Source: Octopus bimaculoides
Lineage: Eukaryota
Reading direction: 5' to 3'
Length of the DNA: 63,784 nucleotides
Assembly: GCF_001194135.2 (NCBI RefSeq)
Contig: NC_068985.1
Span: forward strand, 39,167,384 to 39,231,167
Shown here: positions 60,721 to 63,784 of the stretch, in pieces
Numbering within the stretch: position 1 is the first letter of the stretch
Layout of the letters: every line of letters starts with the position of its first letter
Program-made: the position numbers and the translations under genes
Notes under the pieces: generated by a model
Databases searched by the model: none
Told to the model about the DNA's origin: nothing
The model's input: only the letters and a program-made list of their open reading frames with translations

Positions 60721-62469
60721 TTCTACTCGAAACCGATATTTTACGCTCAAATAGCCTTAATCAGGAATACATTTGATTGTTATTTTCTTTACAGCAATTC
60801 CTTTTATAAGAATCAGCAGGAAAATTTCAATTTACAATTAAGAATTTTACTGTAATGCATTCGAATTGTATTTTCCTTTCAAAACGGCCAAATTTTATGG
60901 TAAACAGATACTCTAATACTGGCTTTCACAAACAATTACCTGCATTTTTCAATAATACATACAACACATTTGTGAATCTTACAATGCAAAACTGTAGTGT
61001 TTATTAATAGTGATAGCATAAATTTCAACTAAGTGAAAATCCATTTCATATAAATTTCCAGACGCTACTTTCGGTTTCACTTACACCATTAAAGGTGTTA
61101 TTTAGACTTAGGTTAATCCCAACTAAATGGACCTATGGACAAAGCCATTCCAGTTTTGACTATCCTAACTTTTATTTCACACCTAGGTATTTAAAATAGC
61201 AATATCGAGTGGGTTCTGTTTTCACAGTAAATAGGTTGTGGTTTAAAGGAGATTCAGCCCTATTTATTTGGGTTCACATGAAGGCTTCTTCCTTGTCTCG
61301 AAAAATCATAACATTTGTGGAAAATGTTCATTCTTTTGTCTGCTAGATACTCAGTACTCATTGTTGCATTGAAAAAGCAACTAAAATTCTTCTCGGTATA
61401 TTTTTCCAGCTTCGATGGTAAACTGCAATACTTAGTAAAAACAAAATAATTGCAATTAAAATACTTATAATACGTAATACAATGAGAATCTCCCTAATGT
61501 ATTTCTTATCTTTGGGGTATTAGTTCCACTTGACTGAGTATAAGGGCAATTTTTAAAGGTGGGATATAATAATCATTTCATTAACTTATATACCAAACTG
61601 TTGGTATATAAACGGCAAAATATGAACTAAGCATGTAGAATGAAGCTAAAGAATATACGGAACTCTATAATTTTCTATCAGCTCTGAGCATATAATGATT
61701 TCGGACTGGGGCGCATGGTCATGAATTCTGAAGGGATTTGAACTCGTAGCGTAGTATTAAACGAAGCCTGATTGACAAGCTGGTTATGCTACTAATGCAA
61801 AAGGTTAGCGATTCGTTTGTACCAGTCATCAGTACTACATTTTATCTGTGGTTAAGACACTTAGCTATTTATAGGTACGTGTTTTAATGGATTCTCTCCA
61901 TCTGTGTATATATAAGAGTTCCCCAATTTTCAATAAAATTCTAACAAAATGTTCTAAATCAAGTACACGAACCTACAAACACACACATACACATATGCGA
62001 AGAGAATAGAGGAGTAACCTGGCTTAAATTTTTTTGTACAATTTTTAAATTTTGATGCAGCATTAAATACGGTCCTTGCACACATTGGATTAAATGAGCA
62101 TATGACCATGGGTCAGTAAGACTCTTTGAGGAAATACTAAGTGATATTTTCACAAAGTTCGAAATCACTGTGATACGATATGTCTGACTTTTCAACATTC
62201 GATTTTTTTATTTCATCATTGAAATGGCTTTTTTTGTGATTTTGCCCGTTTTCACTGCTATTTTAGCATGCTTGTACTACCTGTAGTACCGTTCATTTTA
62301 TATATATATNNNNNNNNNNNNNNNNNNNNNNNNNNNNNNNNNNNNNNNNNNNNNNNNNNNNNNNNNNNNNNNNNNNNNNNNNNNNNNNNNNNNNNNNNNN
62401 NNNNTATATATATGGGAGAATATACAAATAATAACAACAGACGAGGACAGGTGGTGTAAATAACAAAAG

Positions 62470-62790
62470 TATATATTAGTATGACGCTCGGGAATACGGA
62501 AAGTCTTTGACGTTTCGAGCTACGCTCTTCAACAGAAAGAATACGGAGACAAGGAGAAAAACACGGAGAAAAAAAATTGAATAGTGTCCAATCAAATAAT
62601 AATATAAATAATATACATGCATACATATATGGGTACAGGACGTCACCAACAGTAAACATGAAACACAAAAACAAATGAGTTCAATACGCAAACAACGAGA
62701 GAAACAAATGGAAAACTAGACAAATAACATAAAGAACGACGTTTCATCAGTTGTCGGCTGTCTAACTGCACCTCATTGCGAACATTGAAC
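62470..62790 (-). mobile_element. About 320-400-nt non-coding unit: family F copy 6 followed by a hammerhead-like module
   Basis: Minus strand: CAACTGATGAAACG...GACGTCCTGTACCCATATATG...TTCTTTCTGTTGAAGAGCGTAGCTCGAAACGTCAAAGACTTTCC. Confidence 0.7.
62504..62540 (-). ncRNA. Minimal type I hammerhead-like motif with atypical CUGUUGA core
   Basis: UCUUU-CUGUUGA-A-GAGC-GUA-GCUC-GAAAC-GUC-AAAGA: 5-bp stem I, 4-bp stem II, loopless palindromic stem III (ACGU), GUC site. Confidence 0.68.
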
Positions 62791-63751
62791 GACAATACAT
62801 ATATATATATTAACCACAACCAGCGTCATTGGTTAACATAGAATAGTTTTATCAAGTTGTGGAATTGAATCCAGATCCCACGTGTTTATTAAACGGACTT
62901 CTTAACTGCATAACTGTGTGTGAATACAAATATCGATTTGAATGTTATATGCGATTACATATGTATATAATACAAGTATGCTTACGATAAAGATTCAGTC
63001 AGTTCATCAACAGAAACACACACACACACACACACGCATGTATGTGTGTGCGTGTATCTATATAAATATGCAGTTATGTGTGTGTGTGTGTGTGCGTATA
63101 TCTATCTACCTATATATTCCTATGCACAGTCTCACACATATGCGCACACACTTGTATGTGCGCATATGCGTGTATGAGTGTGAGCGACTGTGTATGCGCG
63201 CGCGCGAGTGGGTTGTGTGTAGCTTGTTCAATCGTCTGCGTGGAAGGCTATCAGTGACTATAAAATGAATTGGGCTTTGGATAGTAGCTGTTTAAGCCCC
63301 TCAGGCTCCTACATGTCTTTCGGCAAACTTATACATATATTTGTGTGCATGAGTGTATAAGTAACTGTGTATAAATATGTATAAATATGTCTGTGTATAA
63401 ATATGAGTGTGTAATGCTTGCTATTTGAATAGATAACTAACCAAAACAGATGATACATCACTATTTCCCAGCTTATTATCTGAAACATATATACACTGGT
63501 TTAGTAGAAGCGTATTATGATTGCATATACACTTCTCGTGATGCTAATGTATGTTTATGTCTTTGTTTTTTTTTCCTTAATTTTTATGTATTTGTAGTTG
63601 TTTTATTACATTACTATATTACTCTCAACAACTTTTTATTTAGATTCCATCATTTCTACACCAAACCGATCATTTCATATTCTCTTACGACTTTTTTTCC
63701 GTTTTCCCCAACTATATCTATATAAACATGCACACACATACACAAGCATAA

Positions 63752-63784
<33 letters not shown>

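Overview
AT-rich eukaryotic (animal) scaffold with about 21 N-gaps, most flanked by (TA)n/(CA)n microsatellites. It is most likely intronic or intergenic DNA. The tRNA-derived SINE families and microsatellite load resemble Octopus genomes (inference, not verified). I found no intact protein-coding gene, no tRNA or rRNA gene and no CRISPR array; the ORFs in the supplied track that I could assess are gap or microsatellite artefacts, fragments of dead elements, or unrecognisable. The window is a graveyard of retroelements: (i) four tRNA-headed SINE families, here called A, B, C and E, with roughly 25 copies and fragments; (ii) fossil LINEs of several clades (restriction-like-endonuclease/R4-type, RTE-like, CR1/L2-group); (iii) Penelope-like element (PLE) fossils with RT and GIY-YIG remnants; (iv) hAT-type MITEs and Tc1/mariner scraps. 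The most interesting signal is a set of minimal type I hammerhead-ribozyme-like motifs with palindromic stem III and recurrent non-canonical cores: CCGAUGA at 35.8 kb and 46.7 kb, CUGUUGA at 50.1 kb and 62.5 kb. Several sit in short non-coding dispersed units that form inverted pairs or hairpins, which suggests non-autonomous PLE-derived (retrozyme-like) elements. Other points of interest are a 13-bp minisatellite born from a SINE tail, several closely spaced inverted SINE pairs (potential ADAR substrates) and one 37-nt candidate micro-exon. All translations and foldings were done by eye, and coordinates of degenerate elements are approximate.
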